Assembly (NCBI GenBank): GCA_963803805.1
Contig: CAWDOD010000003.1
Span: 96,001 to 160,000, forward strand
Direction: 5' to 3'
Source of the DNA: an uncultured cyanobacterium
GTDB lineage: Bacteria; Cyanobacteriota; Cyanobacteriia; Cyanobacteriales; CAWCAG01
DNA: 64,000 bases
The notes below the pieces were generated by a model. The model made no database searches and was not told the origin of the DNA. It worked only from the letters and a program-made list of their open reading frames with translations. Shown here in pieces: positions 10,719 through 21,178 of this stretch. Each line of letters begins with the position of its first letter. Positions within the stretch are counted from its first letter, which is position 1. Both the position numbers and the translations under genes were made by a program.

Positions 10719-12014
10719 GAGAGAGCCACAAAAAGAATGATCCAGTTTAAATTAGGAGAATTGTGAGAGTAAAAAAAGTGGATGAAGAAACTAAGCGAAA
10801 GTATAAAAGTTCTTTATATAAAAACAGCCAAACAACTCAAAGGTAGTGCCAGACGGCAGTTTATGGCAGCAGTAGTGAAAGAATTAGGTGTAGGGGGACA
10901 AAGTTTAGCAGAAAGAGAATTGAAGTGGAATCGACGAACAATCCGTAAAGGAATAAAGGAATTAACTAGTGGGGAAGAAATCAAGGATGGTTATGAACGT
11001 AGTGGACGTAAGCGAGTAGAAAAGAAACTGCCGCAATTGGGAGAAGATATACGAGGCTTGGTAGACTCACAAACACAAACAGACCCAAGTTTCCAGAGTA
11101 CTCGCTTATACACTAGGATGAGTGCAGCACAGGTACGTCGTCAGTTAATCAAACACAAAGGCTATACCGAAGAAGAATTACCGAGTGTGGAGACGATACG
11201 CCGTCGCTTAAACGAAATGGGGTATAGCTTAAAACGAGTACAGAAAGCAAAACCCAAAAAGCGGATACCAGAAACCGAAGAGATTTTTAAGCATCTCAAC
11301 CAAGTCAATCAACAAGCAGATGCAGACCCTAAGACCCTACGCATTTCTATGGATGCCAAAGCAGTAATCAAGATTGGGGAATTTGATCGCGGAGGTAAAA
11401 CCAGAGTTGGGACAATAGCTCTAGACCATGACTTTACTCCCACTACAACCATAACTCCCTACGGTATTTTTCTGCCTCAATACCAGGAGTTGTACTTGTT
11501 CTTTGTCAGCTCCAAACTGACGGCAGATTGTATTGTGGATTTGCTGGAGTTGTGGTGGTCAACGGTTAAAGACCGCTTTCGAGATATCGATAAATTGGTA
11601 CTAAACCAGGACAATGGCCCAGAAAATCATTCCCGTCGTACTCAGTTTCTCCATCGAATTGTGGGGTTTGCTTGTCACTCTCAACTCCACATTAGCTTGG
11701 CTTACTATCCTCCCTATCACAGCAAATATAATCCCGTCGAGCGTACCTTTGGCTGGTTAGAACAACATTGGAATGGTAGCTTACTTGACAGTGTTGAAAC
11801 GGTGCTACGCTTTGCTGAAAACTTGACTTTTCGAGGTCAGCAACCTGTCGTTCGGCTCGTGGAGAAAGTTTATCACACTGGAGTTAAATTAACTCAGAGG
11901 GCTATGGCCAAGTTAGAGAAACAAGTTCAGAGATTTTCCCTTTTGCCCAAGTGGTTTGTCGATATCATCGGTAAACCTACTTGATTATTGGATCATCTTT
12001 TTTGTTGTCTTCTC
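10719..12014 (+). mobile_element. ISAzo13-family insertion sequence, 1296 bp
   Basis: Imperfect 26-bp terminal inverted repeats (GAGAGAGCCACAAAAAGAATGATCCA / rc GAGAAGACAACAAAAAAGATGATCCA, 20/26). TAA duplication at 10716-10718 and 12015-12017. Confidence 0.9.
10782..11984 (+). CDS. ISAzo13-family DDE transposase
   Basis: ISMDAK, DHDF, NQDNGPEN, YYPPYHSKYNPVER motifs; intact 400 aa. Confidence 0.93.
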   Translation: MKKLSESIKVLYIKTAKQLKGSARRQFMAAVVKELGVGGQSLAERELKWNRRTIRKGIKELTSGEEIKDGYERSGRKRVEKKLPQLGEDIRGLVDSQTQTDPSFQSTRLYTRMSAAQVRRQLIKHKGYTEEELPSVETIRRRLNEMGYSLKRVQKAKPKKRIPETEEIFKHLNQVNQQADADPKTLRISMDAKAVIKIGEFDRGGKTRVGTIALDHDFTPTTTITPYGIFLPQYQELYLFFVSSKLTADCIVDLLELWWSTVKDRFRDIDKLVLNQDNGPENHSRRTQFLHRIVGFACHSQLHISLAYYPPYHSKYNPVERTFGWLEQHWNGSLLDSVETVLRFAENLTFRGQQPVVRLVEKVYHTGVKLTQRAMAKLEKQVQRFSLLPKWFVDIIGKPT

Positions 12015-12214
12015 TAATAAGTTTCTTCAGGACATACATAGCCATGATTAAACTGCGAGGGTAGGTAATAGGTAAGAGAGATTTTTCAATCTGCTTAAGT
12101 AACGCAATCTCCGTAAGTAAGATAGTTATTTTTGCCCACCCTACCAGACGGCGATCGCTCTTATCAACGTCTTAGAAATGTCTGGTTTGTTATCTGAGTA
12201 ATAGTATTGCTAGC

Positions 12215-12832
12215 TTAAACTTCCCAAACTTGAGGCAAATTCAAAACAAAACCTAGTAATATTTCCTCACCAGATAACTCAACGGGATTCTCTAATACTT
12301 CTACTTCTTTTCCGGGACGATAAATTTCTACTTGTCGTCGCTGAGGATTAAGTAACCAACCTAACTTTGCACCGTTGTCAAGGTACTCTTGCATCTTCTC
12401 TTGTAGGGATTTGAGAGTATCTGAATTAGAACGTAATTCTACAACAAAATCAGGGCATATATTAGGAAAAGTACCTTTTTGTTCTACAGTGAGAGCATCC
12501 CAACGTTCCCGACTAATCCAACAAGCATCAGGGCTACGAATTGCCCCATTCGGTAAGGTGAAACCTGTAGAAGAATCAAAAGCTTCACCTCGTTCTTTTT
12601 TTCCTCTGTGCCAAAGATAAATTTGTCCGTTAAGGCTGTAATTGCTTCTTCCTGTTTCCCAACCTGTTGGCGGATTCACAATTAATTCTCCTTGTACAGT
12701 TCTTTCCATTCTTACATCTCGGTTGACTACGGCTAGGGCAGCAAATTGCTCTTGGGTGACGTGGAGTGAGATCGCCCTGGGCAGTTCAATTGATAGGGTT
12801 TCTGTTTCAGGTTTGGCGGATATCTGTACCAT
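12215..12832 (-). CDS. Uma2 (DUF820) family putative endonuclease, copy A
   Basis: FDSSTGFTLPNGAIRSPDACW, CPDFVVELRS, KMQEYLDNGAKLGWL. Confidence 0.92.
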   Translation of the reverse strand: MVQISAKPETETLSIELPRAISLHVTQEQFAALAVVNRDVRMERTVQGELIVNPPTGWETGRSNYSLNGQIYLWHRGKKERGEAFDSSTGFTLPNGAIRSPDACWISRERWDALTVEQKGTFPNICPDFVVELRSNSDTLKSLQEKMQEYLDNGAKLGWLLNPQRRQVEIYRPGKEVEVLENPVELSGEEILLGFVLNLPQVWEV

Positions 12833-13616
12833 CTTTATTTTTTGCTATCACATTCTACAGTTATAGCGATATCTACGAGGCGCTAGTAGGTATCACATAT
12901 TGCATCACCAAGATTGAAGACAATTAGTAGAGTTTTGACAGCCAAAAGTAACTTATTTAACCCCAAATTCGAGGCAAATTCAAAACAAAACCTGATAATA
13001 CTTCCTCACCAGATAACTCAACGGGATTCTCTAATACTTCTACTTCTTTTCCGGGACGATAAATTTCTACTTGTCGTCGCTGAGGATTAAGTAACCAACC
13101 TAACTTTGCACCGTTGTCAAGGTACTCTTGCATCTTCTCTTGTAGGGATTTGAGAGTATCTGAATTAGAACGTAATTCTACAACAAAATCAGGGCATATA
13201 TTAGGAAAAGTACCTTTTTGTTCTACAGTGAGAGCATCCCAACGTTCCCGACTAATCCAACAAGCATCAGGGCTGCGAATTGCCCCATTCGGTAAGGTGA
13301 AACCTGTAGAAGAATCAAAAGCTTTACCCAATTCTTTATTTGCTTCGTGCCAATAATCGAGTTGCCCGGTGAGGCTACGATTGCGTTCTCCACTTTGCCA
13401 ACCTGTTGGCGGATTCACGATTAATTCTCCATGTACAGTTCTTTCCATTCTTACATCTCGGTTGACTACGGCTAGGGCAGCAAATTGCTCTTGGGTGACG
13501 TGAAGTGTAATCGCCCTGGGCAGTTTAATTGATAGGGTTTCCGTTTCGGGTTTAGTTGATGTCTGTACCATCTTGACTCTTTACTATCACATTTTACAGT
13601 TATAGCGATATCTACA
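12223..13616. repeat. Tandem direct duplication of ~655 bp (12223-12876 / 12962-13616) covering the Uma2 gene and ~45 bp upstream
   Basis: Near identity by eye, including the upstream CTATCACATTyTACAGTTATAGCGATATCTAC. Confidence 0.9.
12957..13571 (-). CDS. Uma2 (DUF820) family putative endonuclease, copy B
   Basis: Same motifs as copy A; tandem duplicate. Confidence 0.92.
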   Translation of the reverse strand: MVQTSTKPETETLSIKLPRAITLHVTQEQFAALAVVNRDVRMERTVHGELIVNPPTGWQSGERNRSLTGQLDYWHEANKELGKAFDSSTGFTLPNGAIRSPDACWISRERWDALTVEQKGTFPNICPDFVVELRSNSDTLKSLQEKMQEYLDNGAKLGWLLNPQRRQVEIYRPGKEVEVLENPVELSGEEVLSGFVLNLPRIWG

Positions 13617-13642
13617 ACTAAAATACAGAATCTAGTTTAAAA

Positions 13643-13677
13643 GAAAAAACCCGCGACCATGAAATCGCGAGTTTCTT
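13643..13677 (-). terminator. Rho-independent terminator of psaF-psaJ
   Basis: Minus strand reads AAACTCGCGA-tttcatgg-TCGCGGGTTT followed by a T run. Confidence 0.65.
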
Positions 13678-13723
13678 GTTACTCTTCAACCTAATTAAAG
13701 CAATTTTAGTTCTTTAACTTACT

Positions 13724-13852
13724 TTAATTAAGTGGGTGGAAAAGTAAGTCAGGGAAAAAGCGATTAAACTCGATTAAAATACCAGCAGTAAATGTCAACA
13801 AAGCCATAATTAATACTGGCGCGGTGGAAAGAAACTTTTGCAAATCTTTCAT
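13724..13852 (-). CDS. psaJ: Photosystem I subunit IX
   Basis: Hand translation [42 protein letters not shown]; follows psaF, GGAG RBS. Confidence 0.97.
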   Translation of the reverse strand: MKDLQKFLSTAPVLIMALLTFTAGILIEFNRFFPDLLFHPLN

Positions 13853-13888
13853 GATTTATTCTCCAAAATAATGAACAGCAAGCTTAAA

Positions 13889-14389
13889 TTAACGGGGAGA
13901 AACAGGAATTTCTGTTTCTTTAGCAGTTAATTCTCCGGAAGTAAGTTGCTTAAGGGCAGCTAAAGGCCAAGCGAAGCCACTTAGCATATATTTAAGTGCT
14001 AAAGGAACATCGATAATGATTTCTTTCATGGCTGCATTTTTGCCGCCTCTGATATCAATTAGATAAGCACGACCAACCCAACCAATCCAACCAGCGATAT
14101 AAAGAAAGAGGATGCTAGGAATGAGGAAATCACCAGCACGGCTTAAGCGACCATCTACAATTAAATGGGGTAGACCTTCTGGACCACAAAGGGCTTGAGA
14201 ATAACGCTCCGCTCTTTGTTTGCCAGAATTGGGGTCGTCGGTGGTGTTACGAAAATTTTTTGCTCTTGCTTGAAAAGCAGGAGACTCACTACAAGGTACT
14301 AAACGCGATAGATTATCCTGAGCCATAGCTTTAGGAGCAAAGCCAAAGCAAAGGGTGATAATTAGAGCTAATGCCAATAACTTACGCAT
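13889..14389 (-). CDS. psaF: Photosystem I subunit III
   Basis: [39 protein letters not shown]-terminal VSPR. Confidence 0.98.
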   Translation of the reverse strand: MRKLLALALIITLCFGFAPKAMAQDNLSRLVPCSESPAFQARAKNFRNTTDDPNSGKQRAERYSQALCGPEGLPHLIVDGRLSRAGDFLIPSILFLYIAGWIGWVGRAYLIDIRGGKNAAMKEIIIDVPLALKYMLSGFAWPLAALKQLTSGELTAKETEIPVSPR

Positions 14390-14541
14390 AGATAATTTGT
14401 TTCCTTACATTACGAAACAATAAGTTTTTTGTACAAAGGATTAAAAGATTATTTGTACAACGAAGTGATCTTACTCTGACACGTTGACACAGTAAAGATT
14501 AAGTTACTAAAAGTAGAATTTAAAATTACATTTATCAACAA

Positions 14542-15588
14542 ATGGTAAAAGTTTTAGCTATAGAAACAAGTTGTGATGAAACAGCCGTTGCAATTGTTAA
14601 CAATCGTAAAGTTCTCAGCAATATAGTCGCTTCACAAATTCCTCTTCATCGTCTTTATGGTGGTGTGGTTCCAGAGGTTGCCTCTAGGCAACATTTAGAA
14701 ACTATTAATAGTTGCTTGGAACAAGCTTTAGAAGAGGCAAAAATAGATTGGTCTGCTATTGATGGTGTGGCGGCTACTTGCTGCCCTGGTTTAGTGGGGG
14801 CTTTGTTGGTGGGATTGACTACAGCAAAAACCTTGGCTGCTGTACACCAAAAACCTTTTTTAGGCATTCATCACCTGGAAGGACATATTTATGCCACTTA
14901 CCTTTGTGAATCCCAACTGCAACCCCCTTTCTTATGCTTGTTGGTTTCTGGGGGGCATACTAGTTTAATTAAGGTTCAAGATTGTGGTCAATATGAAACT
15001 TTGGGAAGTACTCGCGATGATGCCGTGGGAGAAGCTTTTGATAAGGTAGCCCGCTTGCTTAAATTGGGTTATCCTGGTGGCCCAATTATGGACAAATTGG
15101 CACAAACTGGGAATCCTCAAGCTTTCTATCTACCGGAAGGAAGGATATCTTTACCAGAAGGTGGCTATCACCCCTATGATTCTAGTTTCAGTGGTTTAAA
15201 GACGGCGATGCTGCGACTCGTGCAAAAATTAGAGCAAGGAATAGATTCAGCTTTGCCAGTTGAGGATCTAGCTGCTAGCTTTCAAGAAACTGTGGCGCGA
15301 TCGCTGGTGAAAAGAACGATTAAATGTGCTTTAGATTATGGACTCGACACTATTACTGTTGGTGGGGGGGTTGCTGCTAATAGCGGTTTGAGGAAACATT
15401 TACTAGCAGCAGCCGAAACCCAGCAACTCAAGGTTTATTTCCCTCCTTTGAAGTTGTGTACAGATAATGCTGCCATGATTGGCTGTGCAGCCGCTGAACA
15501 TCTCAACAGAGGTCATAGTTCAAGTTTGGCTTTAGGAGTACAATCTCGCCTATCTTTAAGTGAGGTGATGACACTTTATCAAACATGA
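14542..15588 (+). CDS. tsaD: tRNA t6A threonylcarbamoyltransferase
   Basis: IETSCDET, GGVVPEVASRQH, HHLEGH, VSGGHT, CTDNAAMI. Confidence 0.97.
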   Translation: MVKVLAIETSCDETAVAIVNNRKVLSNIVASQIPLHRLYGGVVPEVASRQHLETINSCLEQALEEAKIDWSAIDGVAATCCPGLVGALLVGLTTAKTLAAVHQKPFLGIHHLEGHIYATYLCESQLQPPFLCLLVSGGHTSLIKVQDCGQYETLGSTRDDAVGEAFDKVARLLKLGYPGGPIMDKLAQTGNPQAFYLPEGRISLPEGGYHPYDSSFSGLKTAMLRLVQKLEQGIDSALPVEDLAASFQETVARSLVKRTIKCALDYGLDTITVGGGVAANSGLRKHLLAAAETQQLKVYFPPLKLCTDNAAMIGCAAAEHLNRGHSSSLALGVQSRLSLSEVMTLYQT

Positions 15589-15598
15589 CTTACAATTT

Positions 15599-16054
15599 TC
15601 AATTTTCAATTTTCAATTGACGCTGCTCTCTCTTCTTCTTTTTACGAACTTGAGGAGATTTGGTTAAGATAGCAATCATACCGTTATATCCTGTGGGCAA
15701 AGTTGTGTTGTTCAGTAAGTCCGTAACATCAACCTTAAGCACTTCCTCAATCAAAGCTTTGAGTTGAATTTTTAGAATACCGTCTATTCCTGAGCGTACT
15801 TGCAAAGCTAATTCTTCTCGTCCTTCTGTTACTAAAAGTTTTTCTACTGGGGTAATAGCATCTTCAGCAATAATTGCTAACTTATCACTCAAAAGATGAC
15901 AGATAACTTTACTAGGTTGATGTCCCAACAAATTGCGATATAAAGCCTGAGTACGCTGGGAAAGAAGTCTTTCTAGCTGTCCAATAGTAGGAGCGAGAGA
16001 ATCCGATAACTGATCAGCTAAACAATTATTTGTGAGATTAATAGTGGAAGTCAT
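15599..16054 (-). CDS. DUF2294 domain protein
   Basis: TIGQLERLLSQR...LYRNLLGHQPSKV...ITPVEKLL; ATG 16054 preferred over the TTG start. Confidence 0.75.
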   Translation of the reverse strand: MTSTINLTNNCLADQLSDSLAPTIGQLERLLSQRTQALYRNLLGHQPSKVICHLLSDKLAIIAEDAITPVEKLLVTEGREELALQVRSGIDGILKIQLKALIEEVLKVDVTDLLNNTTLPTGYNGMIAILTKSPQVRKKKKREQRQLKIEN

Positions 16055-16303
16055 ACCCTTACTCAAAATAAGCTTTTTGAACAGATTGAACAGGCGTTAT
16101 TGACAGAATGTTAAGTCATCCTGAAATTTAACTGATTTCATGATATAAAAAAAAATTGAGCAGGGGAGCATTGAAAATAGTTCGGGTTTCCTAATCAAAA
16201 TCAGGGGGAAACAAGACTTGACTTTTAATTGCCGTTTACGGTTCAATCTTGTTCAAGCTGCTCAAATTTGCAGGAGCAAGGAAAAATGCTGGTTAATTTT
16301 GGT

Positions 16304-16858
16304 TTAATTAACAATTGTCAATTTTTCCTCTGTACACACAGCATCTAACTTGCAATCCCAAGGTTCAACTGGTAGGCAAGATACATAAGCAAAATCAAAA
16401 ATAATTCCTACAATAGGTTTCGATTGCCATTCAACTTGGCTAAACATTCGGTCATAGAAACCACCACCATAACCTAAACGGTAGCCTCGCCTGTCGCAAG
16501 CAACTCCAGGAACTAAAACCAAGTCTGCTTCTCCCGGCAGGATCACAGGTGAATCCGGCTCAGGTTCTCGAATTTCATAAATTCCTTTTACCAACTTTTC
16601 TTGAGGCTTCCAGAGATGCCAGGAAAGAGATTTAGCGACGCATCGAGGAAAGCCCCATCTTTGTTTAGAGTTGAACAGAGGACTCAAATCTGGTTCTTGA
16701 CGAAAGCTAAAATAAGCCAGAATAGTTCTTGCTTGCTTAAATTGAGGCCAAGCTTGGAGATGAACACATAAACTATCACTCTTTTTTCGCCAAACCTCTT
16801 GGGACAGCGATCGCCTCTTAGCAATTAATTCCTTTCTTAGGGCTACTTTTTCTCTCAT
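16304..16858 (-). CDS. 5-formyltetrahydrofolate cyclo-ligase
   Basis: LVPGVACDRRGYRLGYGGGFYDR. Confidence 0.93.
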   Translation of the reverse strand: MREKVALRKELIAKRRSLSQEVWRKKSDSLCVHLQAWPQFKQARTILAYFSFRQEPDLSPLFNSKQRWGFPRCVAKSLSWHLWKPQEKLVKGIYEIREPEPDSPVILPGEADLVLVPGVACDRRGYRLGYGGGFYDRMFSQVEWQSKPIVGIIFDFAYVSCLPVEPWDCKLDAVCTEEKLTIVN

Positions 16859-17793
16859 TTGCCTTGCTGGTTAGCCAACTTTTCCTGTTCAATTTGCTCT
16901 AAAGCTAGCAACTCTTTTCGTCTCCTTTTTCTCTCTCTCATTTCTTCACCCACAGTAGCGTTTAGCTGATCTCCAATCAGCATAATCAAAGCACTCAAAT
17001 AAAGCCATAACATTAAAATAATCACTGCCCCCACCGCACCATAAATCTTGTTATAGTTAGCAAAATTAGTTACATACAAGCGAAATAAACCAGAAACGCC
17101 TGCCCAAGAAAAAGCGGCTAAAATAGCGCCGGGAAAAATAGGAGTACCTTTAATCCAACGACTGGGACCAAACCGATAAATAAAAGCAAAAGCGATCCCC
17201 ACAATCATTAAACCTAGGGGTTGGTTTAAATAGCTCCAAAAAATCAATAATAAAGAAGCTCCTGTTTTCTTCACGGCCAAGTCGATAATTGTATCGCTAA
17301 TCAAAATCAAAAAAGAGGCAATTAGCAGCAAAAAAATTGTCCCAATAGTAAGTAAAAGGGAAATGATTTTTGCTTTCCAAAAAGGTCTTCTTTGCTTAGG
17401 GGGAACTTGATGAATCAGATCCAAGGCATTCATGGCTGCACTTAAAGCTCCTGAAGAAATCCAAATAGCGGCAGCAAAACTAATAGAAAACCAACTTCTA
17501 CCCTGCTCTAACTTAACTCCTTCTACAAAATCATTAAGTAACTGCCAAACTTGGTAAGGAGCCATGATTTCTAGCTGATTGGCAAGGTTATAAAGAGTAG
17601 ATTGTAAAGACTCTTCAAACATACCTATAGCTGTCAGCATGGCCAGAATTGCCGGAAATAGAGCTAACATAGCTCCATAAGCGATTTCAGCAGACAACCC
17701 CGTCAAACGCCTTTTAAAGACGCGAACAACCGTCTTTCTCAAAGTTACCCAAGTAAGATAGCGAAAAAAGCCGAAGAAACGGGAGACTGCCAT
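16855..17793 (-). CDS. YihY/BrkB family membrane protein
   Basis: YNKIYGAVGAVIILMLWLY and about six TM segments; probable start MAVSRFF. Confidence 0.9.
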   Translation of the reverse strand: MAVSRFFGFFRYLTWVTLRKTVVRVFKRRLTGLSAEIAYGAMLALFPAILAMLTAIGMFEESLQSTLYNLANQLEIMAPYQVWQLLNDFVEGVKLEQGRSWFSISFAAAIWISSGALSAAMNALDLIHQVPPKQRRPFWKAKIISLLLTIGTIFLLLIASFLILISDTIIDLAVKKTGASLLLIFWSYLNQPLGLMIVGIAFAFIYRFGPSRWIKGTPIFPGAILAAFSWAGVSGLFRLYVTNFANYNKIYGAVGAVIILMLWLYLSALIMLIGDQLNATVGEEMRERKRRRKELLALEQIEQEKLANQQGK

Positions 17794-17876
17794 ATTGTCA
17801 GATTTTGGCGATAATGTTCTTATGATAATTTGCCCCATATCAAAAAGAATGACACTTAATACAGGAGTATCAGCTC

Positions 17877-18329
17877 ATGAGCCAAGAGGTAGTACAGTGG
17901 CTAGAAGAAATTCGTATTTTACGACAGCAGCTAGCAGAAGTAGAAACCCTTAAAGAAGAAGCTAACCAAGGATCTGCTAATTGGCGCAAGCTGTATTCCC
18001 AAGAAGCACAACAACGCCGCATGGAAGCAAAATTAGCTCAGCAAACAATTAAAGAGTTAAAAGCAGAAATTCGTCATACTAAGGCTGGGAGAGCTTTTAA
18101 ACCAGATAGCCCTGAAGCTACCGCAGCTATTGAGGAGGAAGTAGCTGAACTTACTTCTTTTAAGGAGTTGAGAGCAAGATTAACAGAAGTAATTAAAGAG
18201 TGTGATGGTTTAGCTGAAGCTTTGAAATTAGAAAAAGAAGAACATGAAAAAACTCGTAAAAGCTTGACTGCTGTAATTGGCGATACAATCGATCAATTAG
18301 CTAAACAGAAAAAAGGTGGGGTTGGCTAG
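17877..18329 (+). CDS. Coiled-coil hypothetical protein
   Basis: 150 aa charged heptad pattern; AGGAG RBS. Confidence 0.7.
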   Translation: MSQEVVQWLEEIRILRQQLAEVETLKEEANQGSANWRKLYSQEAQQRRMEAKLAQQTIKELKAEIRHTKAGRAFKPDSPEATAAIEEEVAELTSFKELRARLTEVIKECDGLAEALKLEKEEHEKTRKSLTAVIGDTIDQLAKQKKGGVG

Positions 18330-18396
18330 TTGCTAGTTGCTAATAGTTCGTCGTTACCTATCGCCTAGTACTCCCTGAGAACTGAATCAAATGTAC

Positions 18397-19500
18397 TTAA
18401 AATCCCATAACTGTAGCAACAGCTTCTAATTCTGGCTTAATCCCAGCTTTAACTTGATTGTGGCTATGTTTGATAGCGCTGTCGGGATCTTTTAAACCAT
18501 TGCCTGTCAGAACACAAACTACTGTCGCATTATGGGGAACTTGCTCTTTCACCTTTAGTAAGCCAGCCACAGATGCAGCGCTAGCTGGCTCACAGAAAAT
18601 TCCTTCACTACCTAAAAGGCGATAAGCTGTCATAATTTCTTCATCACTTACTTCGTTGAACTCTCCTTTACTAGCTTCTTTAACCGCAACTGCCCGTTCC
18701 CAATTAGCTGGATGGCCAATACGAATTGCTGTGGCTAAGGTTTGAGGATTAGCAATAGGTTTGCCGCGAATCAAAGGAGCAGATCCAGAAGCCTGAAATC
18801 CCATCATTCTCGGTAAGCGATTACAAAAATCATGTTGATAGTATTGACAGAATCCCATCCAATATGCAGTTATGTTACCCGCATTCCCTACTGGTATACA
18901 CAGCCAATCCGGCGCGTTTCCTAGTACATCTACCACTTCAAATGCTGCGGTTTTTTGGCCTTCTAAACGATAGGGATTAACTGAATTAACTAAGGTGACA
19001 GGATAATTTTCTGCCATTTGCCGCACTACCTGCAAAGCAGCATCAAAATTCCCTTCAATAGCAATAACCTCAGCACCATAGAGTAGTGCTTGAGCTAATT
19101 TTCCTAAAGCAACATAACCATCGGGGATCACCACAAAAGCTCTCAACCCAGCACGACTAGCATATGCAGCAGCCGCAGCAGAAGTATTACCGGTACTAGC
19201 ACAAATTACTGCTTTGGCTCCTGCTTCTTTGGCTTTGGAAATGGCCATAGTCATGCCCCGGTCTTTGAAACTTCCTGTGGGATTTAAGCCATCGTATTTA
19301 ACGAAAACTTGCACACCCCGACCAATTTCCTGGGCAATGGTCGGTACAGGAATTAAAGGGGTGTTCCCTTCTTTAAGAGTGACTACTGGAGTTCCTTGGC
19401 TTACTGGTAGGAAAGGACGATAAGCCTCAATTAAACCAGGCCAGTTTCGGTATTTAGATACGTTTTCTAAATGAGATGATGTGGTAGAAGAGAGCTTCAC
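18397..19500 (-). CDS. thrC: Threonine synthase
   Basis: [13 protein letters not shown] lysine, [21 protein letters not shown]. Confidence 0.95.
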   Translation of the reverse strand: MKLSSTTSSHLENVSKYRNWPGLIEAYRPFLPVSQGTPVVTLKEGNTPLIPVPTIAQEIGRGVQVFVKYDGLNPTGSFKDRGMTMAISKAKEAGAKAVICASTGNTSAAAAAYASRAGLRAFVVIPDGYVALGKLAQALLYGAEVIAIEGNFDAALQVVRQMAENYPVTLVNSVNPYRLEGQKTAAFEVVDVLGNAPDWLCIPVGNAGNITAYWMGFCQYYQHDFCNRLPRMMGFQASGSAPLIRGKPIANPQTLATAIRIGHPANWERAVAVKEASKGEFNEVSDEEIMTAYRLLGSEGIFCEPASAASVAGLLKVKEQVPHNATVVCVLTGNGLKDPDSAIKHSHNQVKAGIKPELEAVATVMGF

Positions 19501-19630
19501 AGGGCGCTACATTTTAGTTATCAAAGGAGTATAGGAAGTATGAAGTATAAAGTCAATTTATAAGCATTCTTAGACCTTAACCTAATAGCCTTTATACTTC
19601 ACCTTTACGCCTTCAACAATTCTACCGTGA

Positions 19631-21046
19631 CTAGTTCGATGTTACAGATTTAGACGGTTTGGAGTTAGGGGAGTTTTGAGATTTGCGATTGTTGTATTTG
19701 CGCTTAATTTTGGGACGCTCAACTTTAGGTACATTCCAATCTGTTTTCATCCAGTTAGGACAGCTTTGGTCATAAACCATTTGCAAAGCAGCCGCAGCAA
19801 TAGCCTGGGGATCATATTCAGCACTCAATTCCCGCACAATAGGCAGAAATGAAGCCATGCGTTCTCCGGTTAAAGCTACTTTAACTTCGCTTTGTAACCT
19901 TTCTAAACGTCTTCCTTCTACCTCAGTACGGCTAGGAATATTACTAATTTCTAAACTTTGGCGAATTCGACGTTCAATTTGGCGCAACATCCGCCTATCA
20001 ATAGGCTGGACCAGGGATATTGCTGTTCCTGTTTTCCCCGCACGACCAGTACGACCAATACGGTGGATGTAAGTTTCACTATTGTCAGGGAGATCAAAGT
20101 TGATGACATGACTCAAGTTTTCTACATCTAAGCCTCGTGCAGCAATATCTGTAGCCACAACTACTTTGACCTGGCCTTGACGAAAACGCTGTACCAAACG
20201 CTCTCTTTGATTTTGGTTTAAGTCGCCATGATACTCATCGGCACTATGTCCTGTACCTTGCAATTGCTGAGTGAGTTCTGCTGCTGTGCGTCTGGTGCGG
20301 ACAAAGATAATAGCCGATTCAGGATTTTCGATTTCCAAGATTGGTTGCAGGGCCTTTAATTTTGACCAGCCTTTAGGAACCATGTAAACTTTTTGGTCGA
20401 TTTTGGCAGGAGCTGCTTTAGGTTGGCTAACCTTAATGAAAGCAGGAGAGTGAAGGAAGTTGTTGATTAAGTCATGGATTGCCCTGGGCATGGTTGCTGA
20501 GAAGCAAGCCGTCTGGCGGTCTGGAGGGGTCTGCTTAAGAATCTTCTTAACATCATCAATAAAGCCCATGCTCAACATTTCATCGGCTTCATCTAAGACG
20601 ACCCAGCTTAATTGCTCTAGCTGGAGTTCGCGACGTTCTAGAAGGTCAATTACTCTTCCTGGAGTCCCAACAACAATTTGCACTCCCCTTTGTAAACTGC
20701 GGATTTGCCTATCCATAGATTGACCACCGCAGACTGTGAGGATTCTCATGCGCCGATCTTGGGTAAACTCTTGGATAGCCTTAGCTACCTGTTGAGCAAG
20801 TTCCCTAGTTGGGGTCAGAATTAGTGCTTGGACGGCTTTGGTTTGAATGTCAATTTTCTCTAACATGGGCAGAGAAAATGCTGCTGTTTTACCAGTACCA
20901 GTTTGGGATTGACCTACCATATCCCTTCCTGCTAAAAGCTCAGGAATTGCTTGAGCTTGAATTACAGTGGGTTCAGTAAAACCCATACTTTCTAAGTGTT
21001 CTACTCTAGCTTCAGATAAACCTAAACTGTTGAAAGATGTTGTCAT
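19631..21046 (-). CDS. crhR: DEAD-box RNA helicase CrhR
   Basis: TGTGKT, PTRELA, DEAD, SAT, HRIGRTGR; downstream of rimO as in the known cyanobacterial rimO-crhR operon. Confidence 0.92.
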   Translation of the reverse strand: MTTSFNSLGLSEARVEHLESMGFTEPTVIQAQAIPELLAGRDMVGQSQTGTGKTAAFSLPMLEKIDIQTKAVQALILTPTRELAQQVAKAIQEFTQDRRMRILTVCGGQSMDRQIRSLQRGVQIVVGTPGRVIDLLERRELQLEQLSWVVLDEADEMLSMGFIDDVKKILKQTPPDRQTACFSATMPRAIHDLINNFLHSPAFIKVSQPKAAPAKIDQKVYMVPKGWSKLKALQPILEIENPESAIIFVRTRRTAAELTQQLQGTGHSADEYHGDLNQNQRERLVQRFRQGQVKVVVATDIAARGLDVENLSHVINFDLPDNSETYIHRIGRTGRAGKTGTAISLVQPIDRRMLRQIERRIRQSLEISNIPSRTEVEGRRLERLQSEVKVALTGERMASFLPIVRELSAEYDPQAIAAAALQMVYDQSCPNWMKTDWNVPKVERPKIKRKYNNRKSQNSPNSKPSKSVTSN

Positions 21047-21178
21047 AACGAATTGTTGCTTTTTGTTTAGTTTTTAGTAGTTTAAGATACTTGTCGAGTT
21101 TCTGCTTACACAAAAACAATTATCCCTTCACCAAAAAGCCCCTAGGAAAAGCGGCAGGAAGTGGATAAAATTGTGCGA

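Noticed and set aside
12130..12146. TGCCCACCCTAC and related GCCCCTAC motifs (~29605, ~42083) as REP-like hairpins
   Set aside because: Only half-sites are present, with no clear partner arm, so they were not called as features.
12215..13571. Uma2 pair as a diversity-generating retroelement TR/VR pair
   Set aside because: Mismatches are not adenine-specific, both copies are complete genes, and there is no reverse transcriptase in the window.
16070..16270. 6S RNA next to 5-formyl-THF cyclo-ligase
   Set aside because: It lies downstream rather than upstream of the gene and shows no recognisable similarity to cyanobacterial 6S RNA; an Rfam scan would settle it.
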